The notes beneath the pieces were generated by a model. That model was not told the origin of the DNA. It searched no databases and worked only from the letters and a program-made list of their open reading frames with translations. The position numbers and the translations under genes were made by a program. A stretch of 64,000 nucleotides of DNA, from the NCBI GenBank assembly GCA_965208675.1, contig OZ242351.1, forward strand, positions 2,240,001-2,304,000, given 5' to 3'. This document shows, one piece after another, positions 18,989-28,640 of the stretch (its first letter is position 1; each line of letters opens with the position of its first letter). This stretch comes from Candidatus Poribacteria bacterium. Lineage in GTDB: Bacteria; Poribacteria; WGA-4E; PCPOR2b.

Positions 18989-19411
18989 ATGGCTGAATCC
19001 TTTCGCACGCATAGTCCGGAAGAAACACAAGCAATCGGGGTACGCGTAGGGCAAAACCTCAAACCCGGCGACATTGTTGCCCTCATTGGAGACCTCGGGG
19101 CGGGCAAAACTTGCCTGACGCAAGGCATTGCGCGCGGTGCGAAAATAGATCCGAACCAGATTGTCAACAGCCCGTCCTACACCCTGATTAACGAATATGA
19201 AGGTGAGATCCCAATTTACCATATAGACCTTTATCGACTTCAGCGGCGGGAAGAGATACTGGATCTGGGTTTAGAGGTATATTTTGAGGGAAACGGCATC
19301 TGTATTATTGAATGGGCGGATCGAATGCTCGACATGCTTCCTGAGGGTTACATGGAGATTAAACTCAAATGGGAAGATGAGTTTGTACGTACAATCGAAT
19401 TTAACCCTTAA
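18989..19411 (+). CDS. tsaE: tRNA t6A biosynthesis ATPase
   Basis: GDLGAGKT, VNSPSYTL, YHIDLYRL, IEW. Confidence 0.95.
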   Translation: MAESFRTHSPEETQAIGVRVGQNLKPGDIVALIGDLGAGKTCLTQGIARGAKIDPNQIVNSPSYTLINEYEGEIPIYHIDLYRLQRREEILDLGLEVYFEGNGICIIEWADRMLDMLPEGYMEIKLKWEDEFVRTIEFNP

Positions 19412-19538
19412 AACCCGGTTTTAACCAATGGCGGTTAAAGCGAAAACACGGCGAGCATACAGCGATAGAACAAAACGATTCCCCGGTCCAACTCAATAAC
19501 GAAAAAAGGAGCGGCGCATTTGCGCGCCTCACGTTCCC

Positions 19539-20927
19539 GTGGCAAAGCGACCCAACATCGTGCTCATGGGGGTCGATTCCTTGCGTGCCGATCGCATGAG
19601 CTGTTACGGCTATCAGCATTGCACCACACCGCATATCGATCGATTCGCCCAAAGCGGAACGCTCTTTGAGCAAACTTACAGTCCACATATTCCTACAACT
19701 AGCGCCTATGCGTCCATGCTCACCGGCATGGATTGTTTCAGTACGCAGGTCGTTGCGCTGCGGCATAAAGGGCCGCTAAGACCGGAAGTCAAAACCTTGG
19801 CGGAGATACTTCGCGGCGCAGGCTATAACACGACGTGCGTAGGTTTCGAGGGCAACCCAAGCTCACGCGGTTTTGACAAATACTTGGACTACGCAGCCTG
19901 GGGCAGTTGGGCGGAAGGGCGCAGCCCGAAAGCGCAAAACCTCAACAGCGCGGCAATTCCGGAACTAGATCGATTGATTAACTTGGGTGACCCATTTTTC
20001 TTATTCCTTCGCCACATGGATCCGCACGCCCCCTATTTGCCGCCCGAACCGTACGAGCGCATGTTCTACCACGGGGACGAATTCGACCCGCACAATAAAT
20101 CCATGAATCCTGTGATGGATTTTAAGCCGTTCTGCGATTTTTTCGCCAGTTGGATGCCGCCCGGCATAACGGATAAAGATTACGTCATCGCCCAATATGA
20201 CGGAGCAATCGCTTACATGGACGCCTGTCTTCAGACAATTTTTACAGCCCTAAAAGCCCGCGGCATCCTGGACGAAACCGTAGTCGTCATCAACGGCGAT
20301 CACGGTGAAACGCTCTACGACCATGAATGCTGGTTCGATCATCACGGCCTCTACGATCCCACCTTGCATGTGCCGCTAATTATCCGATACCCGAGCAAGA
20401 TTCCCGCCGGCGCGCGCGTAAGCGGTTATAATCAGCACAAAGACTTGGCGCCTACCATTCTCGAACTAGCAGAAATCGAGACCGAGATTGAATTTGACGG
20501 GGTGAGCCTAATTCCGATGATTAACGGTGCAGTTTTTTCTTACGAAAGTGAATTCTACATCACCGAATGCACCTGGATGCGGAAGCACGGTTGGCGCACG
20601 CCAGAATGGAAGTTAATTCACGCCCTTGAGCCTGACTTCCATTTTAAGCCGATGGTAGAACTCTATAACCTCATTGAGGACCCTCAAGAAAATGACAATC
20701 TTGCGGAAGCAAATCCAGACATCGTTGCTAAATTAGAGACGCGGATGCAAAGCTGGATTGAGAAACGTCAACGTGAAACTGGCATGGAAAACCCCATGAT
20801 GACGCAAGGAGATTGGCACGGGCATGAGGGAATAGGTCCTTTCAAGACCTCCCAACAAGCTTATGATACCCTTCATATCGGCAATCCGGGGCAAGCTGCA
20901 CGAATGCAGGCGGAAGCCAGAAAATGA
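19539..20927 (+). CDS. Sulfatase-like hydrolase (alkaline phosphatase superfamily) with Thr at the nucleophile position
   Basis: PNIVL..VDSLRAD, TPHIDRFA, DPHAPY, GDHGE, VPLII, DLAPTIL, ELYNL..DP.E. Confidence 0.85.
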   Translation: MAKRPNIVLMGVDSLRADRMSCYGYQHCTTPHIDRFAQSGTLFEQTYSPHIPTTSAYASMLTGMDCFSTQVVALRHKGPLRPEVKTLAEILRGAGYNTTCVGFEGNPSSRGFDKYLDYAAWGSWAEGRSPKAQNLNSAAIPELDRLINLGDPFFLFLRHMDPHAPYLPPEPYERMFYHGDEFDPHNKSMNPVMDFKPFCDFFASWMPPGITDKDYVIAQYDGAIAYMDACLQTIFTALKARGILDETVVVINGDHGETLYDHECWFDHHGLYDPTLHVPLIIRYPSKIPAGARVSGYNQHKDLAPTILELAEIETEIEFDGVSLIPMINGAVFSYESEFYITECTWMRKHGWRTPEWKLIHALEPDFHFKPMVELYNLIEDPQENDNLAEANPDIVAKLETRMQSWIEKRQRETGMENPMMTQGDWHGHEGIGPFKTSQQAYDTLHIGNPGQAARMQAEARK

Positions 20928-20933
20928 AAACTA

Positions 20934-21070
20934 TAGGACTTACCCACTTTCTCTTACAGTCCCCCGGATAAGGGATCAAGCGAACGAATAGTGAGTGCGA
21001 TAGTCTTAGGGAGGTTAAAATGACCTTTTCAAAAAAATATACCCCGTCTGATCAATCTGCGTAAGTCCTA
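20934..21070. mobile_element. MITE-like element with TAGGACTTAC(C/G)CA terminal inverted repeats; carries a G.A-hairpin module
   Basis: taggacttaccca ... tgcgtaagtccta; internal C-rich/G-rich palindrome interrupted by the module at 20974-21005. Confidence 0.7.
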
Positions 21071-21189
21071 AACTATTTTTATGCGCGCGAACCAATGATT
21101 ATGTTTTATAACCGCGGTGTTGTTTAACAATGTTAAAACCTGGTATTTGAACTTGCATAACTGCTCCAACTATACGGAGGGAAAAACAG

Positions 21190-21375
21190 ATGCCCATCTA
21201 TGAATATCAATGTGTAGCATGCGCGTCCAAATTTGAAGCCCTGCAACGCATCAATGCGGATTATCAAGATTTAGTTTGTCCCATATGCGGCGCACCTGAA
21301 CCGACCAAGGTCTTCTCACGCTTTGCATCTTTGGGCGTCGAGAAAGGCGGTGCATGTGAGACAGGCTCTACATGA
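21190..21375 (+). CDS. FmdB-family zinc-ribbon protein
   Basis: MPIYEYQCxxC...FE...CPxCG; RBS ggagg. Confidence 0.9.
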   Translation: MPIYEYQCVACASKFEALQRINADYQDLVCPICGAPEPTKVFSRFASLGVEKGGACETGST

Positions 21376-21471
21376 GCGCTGCCTGGACCGGACAGTTAGT
21401 CCAAACAAGATAGGGCTTATGTAGTTGAAGACTTTTGTGTCACGTAATGGTGCTTCATTCGCTGTAATTCA

Positions 21472-21498
21472 TAGGGACTAACGATTGTTAGTCCCTAC
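21472..21498. repeat. Perfect 11-bp hairpin (REP-like or terminator)
   Basis: tagggactaac-gatt-gttagtcccta, ending in CTAC like the other REP-like units. Confidence 0.5.
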
Positions 21499-22039
21499 AT
21501 ACGCCTATATCCCTTTCCATAGACAGGCCAGTCGAGAACACAGATCCGGGAAGATGAGAACTAAATCCCCTTAATCAAAAGTTGACAAAATATTCGGATT
21601 TCAGGATTGTGGTAATATGCAGCCTGACTGATGGATGTTTGTTTGAATTCCGCTTCTTCCGTGACAAACTCTTCAGGGGTAACGCAGATGCAAAACAGAA
21701 ATGCCGATAGAGCTGTGTCTCCACAGCTGAATATCACACAAAGTTAATACCTAATTATCCCCGTCGCAGGTCGCAGGCAGATTCCCGATTTTCCGGTTTG
21801 TAAGCTTAAACCGAAAAGCCATTCGCGCTTTTAATCCTATTGTAGTCTCACATCCCCACCTATATCCCCACTTGTTCACAAGAGCGAATCCCGATATTCC
21901 TTAGGACTTGCCCAAGATGCATCTGAAAAGCGGGAGATTTTACCGCCGCGCGCAAGACGTTGATACGGAAGCACATAAACGTTTGTCAGACATAAGTGGA
22001 AGATGGAAACCTGAAAGACAACACCATTCCAACACTCCC

Positions 22040-22302
22040 AAAAGGGATGGAGATTGCTTTGACTATGTTTGCGGTTTTTCTTGCGTGATGCGAGTTTTTC
22101 ATCCACACGACAGAACCAATGTGTGATAAAATTCTTTGCGGTCATGAGTCTAGATTTCCGTCCGTTAATCAAGAATTGTTTAATCCAAAAAGACCAACGT
22201 TAAAATCGAGGAAAACGCCACATGACCTCAATCTAACAATGTTCGAATCAAAGCCACGGTGCTTTGTTACGGCTATTGATTTCAAACTAGCACCAACGGT
22301 TA
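22040..22302 (-). mobile_element. Probable IS remnant: one end plus the N-terminus of a decayed DDE transposase
   Basis: Minus-strand MTAKNFITHWFCRVDEKL...KHSQSNLHP from 22145 resembles, from memory, N-termini of IS982/IS4-like transposases (FI..LFCRVDD..KH.QA.L.PSE). Similarity then stops. Candidate end TAACCGTTGGTGCTAG at 22287-22302. Confidence 0.5.
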
Positions 22303-22340
22303 TTTTTGATTTTTAGAGAAAAAACTTTAAAGGAGAAATT

Positions 22341-25013
22341 TTGCTTTTGCACACTCAGACTAAAACCAGTTTTTTGCTATACACCATTACGTTATTTGTA
22401 TGTCTCAATACCTTTTTCTCAAATAACGCCGATGCACAATCCGATAATGGCTCAACTCCCGGCTCCCCTGAATTCACCTATACTTATGAAAGTATCGATG
22501 TTCCCGGTGTAGATTTTTTAGCGTTGACGGCGAGTAGCGACTTTGAGGATTACGCCGGTTACACACGGAGTGCTGACGGTGAAAAAACAGTCGCCTTTAC
22601 GCTCATTGACGGTGTTTATACGACTTATGATTTCCCCGGTTCGCAGAACACTTATTTCTATGCGCTCGGCAATAATGGAGTAGCTGCGGGGCACTACGAG
22701 GATAGCGACGGTCTGCACCATGGTGTCGTCTTGGAAAATGGCGAGTTGCGGCAATACGATTTTCCGGGCGCTGTCCAGACGGAGATATATGGGTTCAGTG
22801 ACGCGACGGGTGTCCTGACGGGTAATTTTATAGACGATTCCGGCGTTCGTCGTGGATTTTCAGGGGACATAATCGTTGAAGCGCCTGATGCGACGGCAAC
22901 GTACGCCGATTTTGTGAACGCGAGTGGCGCTATCACGGGAAGTTACATTGGCCCTGATGGTCTATATTATCCATACGTGCGCACCCCGAATGGCACATTT
23001 GTAATGCACGACTATCTGGACTCATCTACATTGGAGTACTTTTTTGTGCACGGCCTCACTGATACAAGGATTATCGTTGCGCGGGCTAGAGCAATAGGCG
23101 ATATTCCGCGCTCCTATGTGGGCACATCCCAGCAAGGATTGTCTGAATTACAGTTTCCGGGTAGTGTAAGCACCGAGGGTTGGAATATCAATCAAGATGG
23201 GTCTGTCGTTGGGTATTACGACTCGGGGGATGGTGGTAGACACGGATTCATCGCCAGACCGCCTGAATTCAACTTTACCTATGAGAGTATTGATGTTCCC
23301 GGTGTCGATTTTTTAGCGTTGACGGCGAGTAGCGACTTTGAGGATTACGCCGGCTACACGCGGACCACCGATGGTGAAAAAGAGGTTGCCTTTACGCTCT
23401 CCGATGGTGTTTTTACAACGTATGATTTCCCTGACTCGCAAGGAACCTATTTCTATGCGCTCGGCAACAATGGGGTAGCTGCCGGGCACTACCAAGATAG
23501 CGATGGTCTGTACCACGGTGTCATCCTAGAAAATGGCGAACTGCGGCGATACGATTTTCCGGGCGCTGTGCAAACGGAGATATACGGGTTCAGTGATGCG
23601 ACGGGTGTCCTGACGGGTAATTTTATAGACGATTCCGGCGTTCGTCGTGGATTTTCAGGGGACATAATCGTTGAAGCGCCGGGTGCCATAGCAACATACG
23701 CCGATTTTGTGAACTCACAAGGCCTCATCGTAGGCAGCTTCGTGGACGCTGACGGTCTATTTCACGCATACGCCCTCACTTTGAGTGGCAGGTTTGTAAT
23801 TCTTGACTATCTTGACCCGTCAAATCTGGAATACTTTTTTCTGCACGGTATTAATGATGGCGCGGGTAGGGGTGTATTTGTGAGCGCCCGATCCAAATCT
23901 GTGGATGATATTCCACGCTCCTATGTCGGCTCATATCTGTACGGGCTACATGAATTGTGGTTTCCGGGAAGCGTTAGCACGGAAGGCTGGAACATCAATC
24001 AGGATGGCTCTGTCGTCGGGCACTATGACTCGGCAGATGGGCGCAGGCACGGGTTCATCGCCAAACTCAATACGAAGGCAGAGAGCGACAATTTTAGCAA
24101 CACCTACGATGTCACACTAGTTAAGGGGTTGAACATGATCTCCGTGCCATTGGCGCCGCCAACGCCGATGAGCGCCAAGTCGCTCGCAGGACTGACAGGA
24201 GCGACGACCGTCATCACGCTTGATGCCGCAAACCAGCGTTTCATCGCATGGACGCCAAGTGCACCCGATGACGGTTTTCCGATCGAAGGCGGAGGCGGCT
24301 ACATCGTCAATGTGCCGGAAACTCGCCAATTTGCATTCGCCGGAGCACCTTGGACAAATCAGGCCGAGGCGGCTGCCGCGCCGCCTTTCATATCTGTGGA
24401 TGCACCCCAAGAACGGGAAGCGTGGGCGTTCGTTGTTAGCGGTCACTTGGACGGTAAACCGGCGTTTGACGACTATCAAGTATTCGTCCGCAACCTGAGA
24501 ACAGATAGTACCATAAGCACGCCCGTGCGAGGTGATTACTTCGCTGCTGCTACAGCCGACATGTCGCGCCAAAGCGTTGTCCAAATCGGAGATGAGATTG
24601 AAGTCTATGCCATCGGTCCGGACGGCAACGTTGAATCACCGACCCTCACTTACAAAGTGACTCTTGAGCACCTAGCAGACGCCGTTATGTCCGTCAGTCT
24701 TGACAGTATCGGTAAACCGAAATTGACTCAGTTGTTGCAGAACTACCCGAATCCGTTCAACCCGGAGACGTGGATTCCATATCAACTCTCGGAAGACAGT
24801 CCGGTATCCTTGTCCATCTATGACGCGACAGGCGCACTGGTTCGCACGCTGTCACTCGGCATGCAATCTGCTGGTTTCTACAACAGCCGTGGACGTGCGG
24901 CATATTGGGATGGCCGCAGTACTAACGGGGAGTTAGTCGCTAGCGGTACCTACTTCTATCACTTGTCTACCCCATCATTCCATCAAACACGTCGACTCGT
25001 CATCATAAAGTAA
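22341..25013 (+). CDS. Secreted protein with duplicated beta-repeat domain and C-terminal FlgD-Ig/T9SS-like tail
   Basis: TTG start after aaggag; signal peptide; two ~265-aa repeats; C-terminal LLQNYPNPFNPETWIPYQL...YWDGR...G.YFY. Confidence 0.85.
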   Translation: MLLHTQTKTSFLLYTITLFVCLNTFFSNNADAQSDNGSTPGSPEFTYTYESIDVPGVDFLALTASSDFEDYAGYTRSADGEKTVAFTLIDGVYTTYDFPGSQNTYFYALGNNGVAAGHYEDSDGLHHGVVLENGELRQYDFPGAVQTEIYGFSDATGVLTGNFIDDSGVRRGFSGDIIVEAPDATATYADFVNASGAITGSYIGPDGLYYPYVRTPNGTFVMHDYLDSSTLEYFFVHGLTDTRIIVARARAIGDIPRSYVGTSQQGLSELQFPGSVSTEGWNINQDGSVVGYYDSGDGGRHGFIARPPEFNFTYESIDVPGVDFLALTASSDFEDYAGYTRTTDGEKEVAFTLSDGVFTTYDFPDSQGTYFYALGNNGVAAGHYQDSDGLYHGVILENGELRRYDFPGAVQTEIYGFSDATGVLTGNFIDDSGVRRGFSGDIIVEAPGAIATYADFVNSQGLIVGSFVDADGLFHAYALTLSGRFVILDYLDPSNLEYFFLHGINDGAGRGVFVSARSKSVDDIPRSYVGSYLYGLHELWFPGSVSTEGWNINQDGSVVGHYDSADGRRHGFIAKLNTKAESDNFSNTYDVTLVKGLNMISVPLAPPTPMSAKSLAGLTGATTVITLDAANQRFIAWTPSAPDDGFPIEGGGGYIVNVPETRQFAFAGAPWTNQAEAAAAPPFISVDAPQEREAWAFVVSGHLDGKPAFDDYQVFVRNLRTDSTISTPVRGDYFAAATADMSRQSVVQIGDEIEVYAIGPDGNVESPTLTYKVTLEHLADAVMSVSLDSIGKPKLTQLLQNYPNPFNPETWIPYQLSEDSPVSLSIYDATGALVRTLSLGMQSAGFYNSRGRAAYWDGRSTNGELVASGTYFYHLSTPSFHQTRRLVIIK
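22467..24064 (+). repeat. Intragenic tandem duplication (~795 bp unit)
   Basis: Units start at 22467 and 23262 (cctgaattca...); long identical stretches such as gcgacgggtgtcctgacgggtaattttatagacgattccggcgttcgtcgtgg. Confidence 0.9.
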
Positions 25014-25236
25014 CATGCGATCTACAGTGGCACACGTTAGTTGCGATCTTTTCGGCATGATCCATCGAATTGTGCCGATGCCCGCATAAACTTTACGTAT
25101 GAATATAGGAGTGGGAGAACGTTGACTACGATGGTATGTAAAATAGCCAACGTCCATCTTTTCTTTTTTGCGAGATTGAGGCATAATCGGAGGTGAATGC
25201 CTCTCCCACTTCCTTCCTATTTGATCGGCTTAAGAG

Positions 25237-25443
25237 TTAATCCACTACTGGTATCGAATCCAATAGTTTCTTCAATCCTTCAATGCTTTCCAGTGTTTTC
25301 ATTGCGTTATCAAATGAGCTATTATCAGCATCGAAACTAGTGTGACGCAGTGTCTTGATGACTTCTCCGATTATTGTTCCTGAATCCAAAACCTTATCAA
25401 TTACTTCGTTCTTAACATCTTCCGTGAATTGTGTAGTGGGCAT
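25237..25443 (-). CDS. Small hypothetical protein (68 aa)
   Basis: ATG at 25443 preceded by ggagg; helical composition. Confidence 0.6.
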   Translation of the reverse strand: MPTTQFTEDVKNEVIDKVLDSGTIIGEVIKTLRHTSFDADNSSFDNAMKTLESIEGLKKLLDSIPVVD

Positions 25444-25758
25444 GACATCCTCCGTTGAATTAGTTTTCTGTTTACGTGCGAACACATGAGTGAGTGCAGG
25501 TCAGAAGGCGCCAACAACCATGCTTTGACGTCCATCTCCCCCAAGTTTGAGAATTGCATAGGAGCATAAAGCAAATTCAATTCCATCGTCCATATCTTAA
25601 CATGAAATATATTCCTGCCTCAAATATTTTCGCCTTTACTTCCTACAAATTTTAAGTTGCCAAACGCGCGATTGGTTTGCGATAAATCCACGACCTACAG
25701 AACGTTGACCTATCCACTGCGTAACGCCAATTAATTTCGAATATCGCTTAAAATTCAG

Positions 25759-25801
25759 ACAGCATATTGCATATTTTTTGAGCAATATGCTGTTTTTTTT
25801 G
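25759..25801 (+). terminator. Inverted repeat with T-tract (terminator or activator-binding site)
   Basis: acagcatattgc-11 nt-gcaatatgctgt followed by a T-run. Confidence 0.45.
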
Positions 25802-25958
25802 TTTGGGCTGATTGATTACCAATTTTTCCAATACAGATTGCCGCTGGTAAAACCATGCTGAAAAGTGCTGTGTACCCTTTAAATTTCAGTGTTTACATCA
25901 ATTGGAGCAGAATGATATAATTCAATAACTATGGTTAGTTAAAGACCGAAATTGGTTT

Positions 25959-25974
25959 TGGCATGTCTCTTGCT
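25959..25974 (+). promoter_or_regulatory. Sigma-54 (-24/-12) promoter of the porin-urt-ure cluster
   Basis: TGGCATG-TCTC-TTGCT fits the TGGCACG-N4-TTGCW consensus (one mismatch), ~195 nt upstream of the porin start. Confidence 0.75.
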
Positions 25975-26169
25975 TCTATGTTGAGAAATTGAGTTTTAAA
26001 ACAGGTTGCATTACCTGTTTTTCAATTTTCCTTAAAATCTTTGTTAAAACCTGTGACGCTTTGGCAATTTCCGTTATGTATGTTTTTGGTATTAGAGTTT
26101 AAGGTAGGGTGAAACAGGTTTACAAGGTAATAAGGTAATGTTTTCTATCACAAAATTGGAGATTTTTTC

Positions 26170-27111
26170 ATGAAAAAATTTGCATTAACCACACTGTTTT
26201 TTGTCGTTCTCGCGTTCACTGCCGGTAATCTCTACGCTGAAATAAAATTGACGGACAACTTGTCGTTGTCAGGTTTTTTGGATATGTCAACCGTAATAGG
26301 CAGCCATGACGATCACACCGACGCAAGTCTGTCATTTGATCAGTTCGAGTTGGATTTCCATCTCGACTACGGCTCAGTTACCGGGCGCATTGATGTTGAC
26401 AGCACAGCCGCGGAACAAGGGCTTAAATTGGAACAGGGGTTCGTGACATACACGCTTCCCGAAGATGTTGTATCCGGCGTTAGCATCACCGCTGGTAGAT
26501 TTCTCAGTTCGTTTGGCTTTGAAGCCGCAGAGCCGACGGGGCTCTATCAGTATTCCTTTTCCGAGGGAATTCCTTATCCTAGGTATCAGAACGGCGTCGC
26601 AGTCAATGTCAGCCCCGTAAAAGAGGTCGGCATTTACGTCGCGCTCTTGTCCGGTGTCTGGGATGTGAACGATACGGATGTGAAAGACCCGGGTGTCGAG
26701 ACACAACTTTCGTTGATGCCTACCGAGCAGATTACGGCGAAGGTCGGCTATGCGATGGATATGTTGGAAGACTATTCACAAACGGAACTCAACGCTTGGG
26801 CGCAATTTACCCAGGGACCGTTGACCCTAGCCGGGGAAATTGACCTGTTGGGCAACTGGGGCGCCGATGGTAATAACGGCATGCACTTTTTGGGGATGGC
26901 AAATATCTCGCTGGAAGATGCGATTTCAGCGCCGGTTGCAGTTACCCTCCGTTTTAGCGGCATCAACTTAGATGATTCGGACAGCTCTACGGAGTTTACG
27001 TTCAGTCCATCGTATGCAGCGACGGACAACTGGTTGCTGCTCGCCGAGTTCAAACAGCGAATTGACGCGGAAGAGACAATCATCGCAGCCGAATCCCTTT
27101 TCACGTTCTAA
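26170..27111 (+). CDS. Outer-membrane beta-barrel porin
   Basis: Signal peptide; LSGFLD, DQFELDF, GRFLSSFGFEAAEPTGLYQYS; C-terminal Phe (LFTF). Confidence 0.8.
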   Translation: MKKFALTTLFFVVLAFTAGNLYAEIKLTDNLSLSGFLDMSTVIGSHDDHTDASLSFDQFELDFHLDYGSVTGRIDVDSTAAEQGLKLEQGFVTYTLPEDVVSGVSITAGRFLSSFGFEAAEPTGLYQYSFSEGIPYPRYQNGVAVNVSPVKEVGIYVALLSGVWDVNDTDVKDPGVETQLSLMPTEQITAKVGYAMDMLEDYSQTELNAWAQFTQGPLTLAGEIDLLGNWGADGNNGMHFLGMANISLEDAISAPVAVTLRFSGINLDDSDSSTEFTFSPSYAATDNWLLLAEFKQRIDAEETIIAAESLFTF

Positions 27112-27156
27112 ATGAAAATCACTTAGAAGCAAAAAAACTTAAGGAGATCATTAGTT

Positions 27157-28452
27157 ATGTTTCGGTCTAAACCAAAATTGTGCAGTATCGCCTCGATAAG
27201 TTTTCTAATCATAGTTGTGGGAATGTTTAGTACCACGCAGGTAAACGCCGGGGATGGTGAAGTAAAAATCGGAATACTGCACTCGTTGAGTGGCACAATG
27301 GCAATCTCAGAGACCTCTCTCAAAGACGTCGTTCTGATGGCGGTTGAAGAGATTAATGCAAGCGGTGGCGTGATGGGTAAGGAGATAAAACCGGTCGTCG
27401 TTGATCCCGCCAGCGACTGGGACCTGTTCGCTGAAAAAGCCAAGGATTTAATCGTTAAAGAGGAAGTCGCGGTCGTCTTTGGCTGCTGGACCTCTGTGAG
27501 CCGAAAGTCTGTCCTTCCTGTTTTTGAGGAAAATAACTCTCTGCTGTTCTACCCGGTACAATATGAAGGTGAGGAGCAGTCGCTCAACGTCTTCTACACC
27601 GCCGCGACCCCGAACCAGCAGTTGGTTCCTGCCGCAGAATACATGATGGAAGAAATCGGTGCCAAAAAATTCTATCTTCTTGGAACCGACTATGTGTTTC
27701 CACGCACGGCAAACAAGGTGCTGAAAGCATTCTTAAAGACGAAGGGTGTTCCCAATGAGAATATCGTCGAGGAGTACACCCCGTTTCACCACCAGGACTA
27801 CCAAACAATCGTAGGGAAGATTAAGACGTTCGCCGCTGGCGGCGACGCATGCGTATTGTCCACCATTAACGGTGACAGCAACGTGCCTTTCTACAAGGAG
27901 TTCGCCAACCAAGGGTTGACTTCCGACGATTGCCCCATCATGGCATTCTCCGTTGCGGAAGATGAGTTGCGAGCGATGGATGTACCGCCTCTCGTTGGAC
28001 ATCTCGCCACCTGGAATTATTTCCAGAGCATAAACACACCCGAAAACAAGAAATTCGTCAAGGACTTCAAGGCGTTCTGTGAGCAGAATAATCTGCCCGG
28101 CGGCTCGGACCGGGTCACAGATGACCCTATCGAAGCCGCTTACTTCGGCGTATACGTGTGGAAAGCTGCCGTTGAAAAGGCGAAGTCCTTCGATGTTGAT
28201 AAGGTCCGAGCGGCTGTCTACGGTTTGGAATTTGACGCACCCGGCGGTAAGAAGATGATGCACGCAACCAACCAGCATACGCTCAAGCCGGTATACGTTG
28301 GCGAAATTAAGAAGAACGGCCAGTTCAAGATTGTTTATAAGTCGGATGGATTGGTTTCGCCCGATTCCTACAGCAAATACCTACACCCAGACGGTAATTT
28401 CCCGGCACCGACTGGCGGTCCAAAGGCTGCTGTCGAAACATCCGAAGAATAA
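27157..28452 (+). CDS. urtA: Urea ABC transporter substrate-binding protein
   Basis: GILHSLSGTMAISE, DPASDW, FGCWTSVSRKSVLP, YPVQYEG, PNQQ. Confidence 0.96.
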   Translation: MFRSKPKLCSIASISFLIIVVGMFSTTQVNAGDGEVKIGILHSLSGTMAISETSLKDVVLMAVEEINASGGVMGKEIKPVVVDPASDWDLFAEKAKDLIVKEEVAVVFGCWTSVSRKSVLPVFEENNSLLFYPVQYEGEEQSLNVFYTAATPNQQLVPAAEYMMEEIGAKKFYLLGTDYVFPRTANKVLKAFLKTKGVPNENIVEEYTPFHHQDYQTIVGKIKTFAAGGDACVLSTINGDSNVPFYKEFANQGLTSDDCPIMAFSVAEDELRAMDVPPLVGHLATWNYFQSINTPENKKFVKDFKAFCEQNNLPGGSDRVTDDPIEAAYFGVYVWKAAVEKAKSFDVDKVRAAVYGLEFDAPGGKKMMHATNQHTLKPVYVGEIKKNGQFKIVYKSDGLVSPDSYSKYLHPDGNFPAPTGGPKAAVETSEE

Positions 28453-28465
28453 CCAAGTTTGTGCC

Positions 28466-28559
28466 CCGCCGTTAGATAATAGCTCGCTTGGCTGTAATCT
28501 AGCGGCGTTTTCTTGAAGAGTTCGGAAAGCGTAAGGCGTCCTTTGACGCTTTACGCTTT
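28466..28559 (+). terminator. Two stem-loops after urtA (mRNA stabiliser/attenuator)
   Basis: cgccgttagat/atctagcggcg and aaagcgtaaggcgtc-cttt-gacgctttacgcttt. Confidence 0.55.
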
Positions 28560-28640
28560 GTGAATTTCATTTTACGATTTGAACCTTTGCTAATTCAAAA
28601 TCCTCCCCTTTCCCGCGTAAGCCATCTGAGGTGCACCCCC

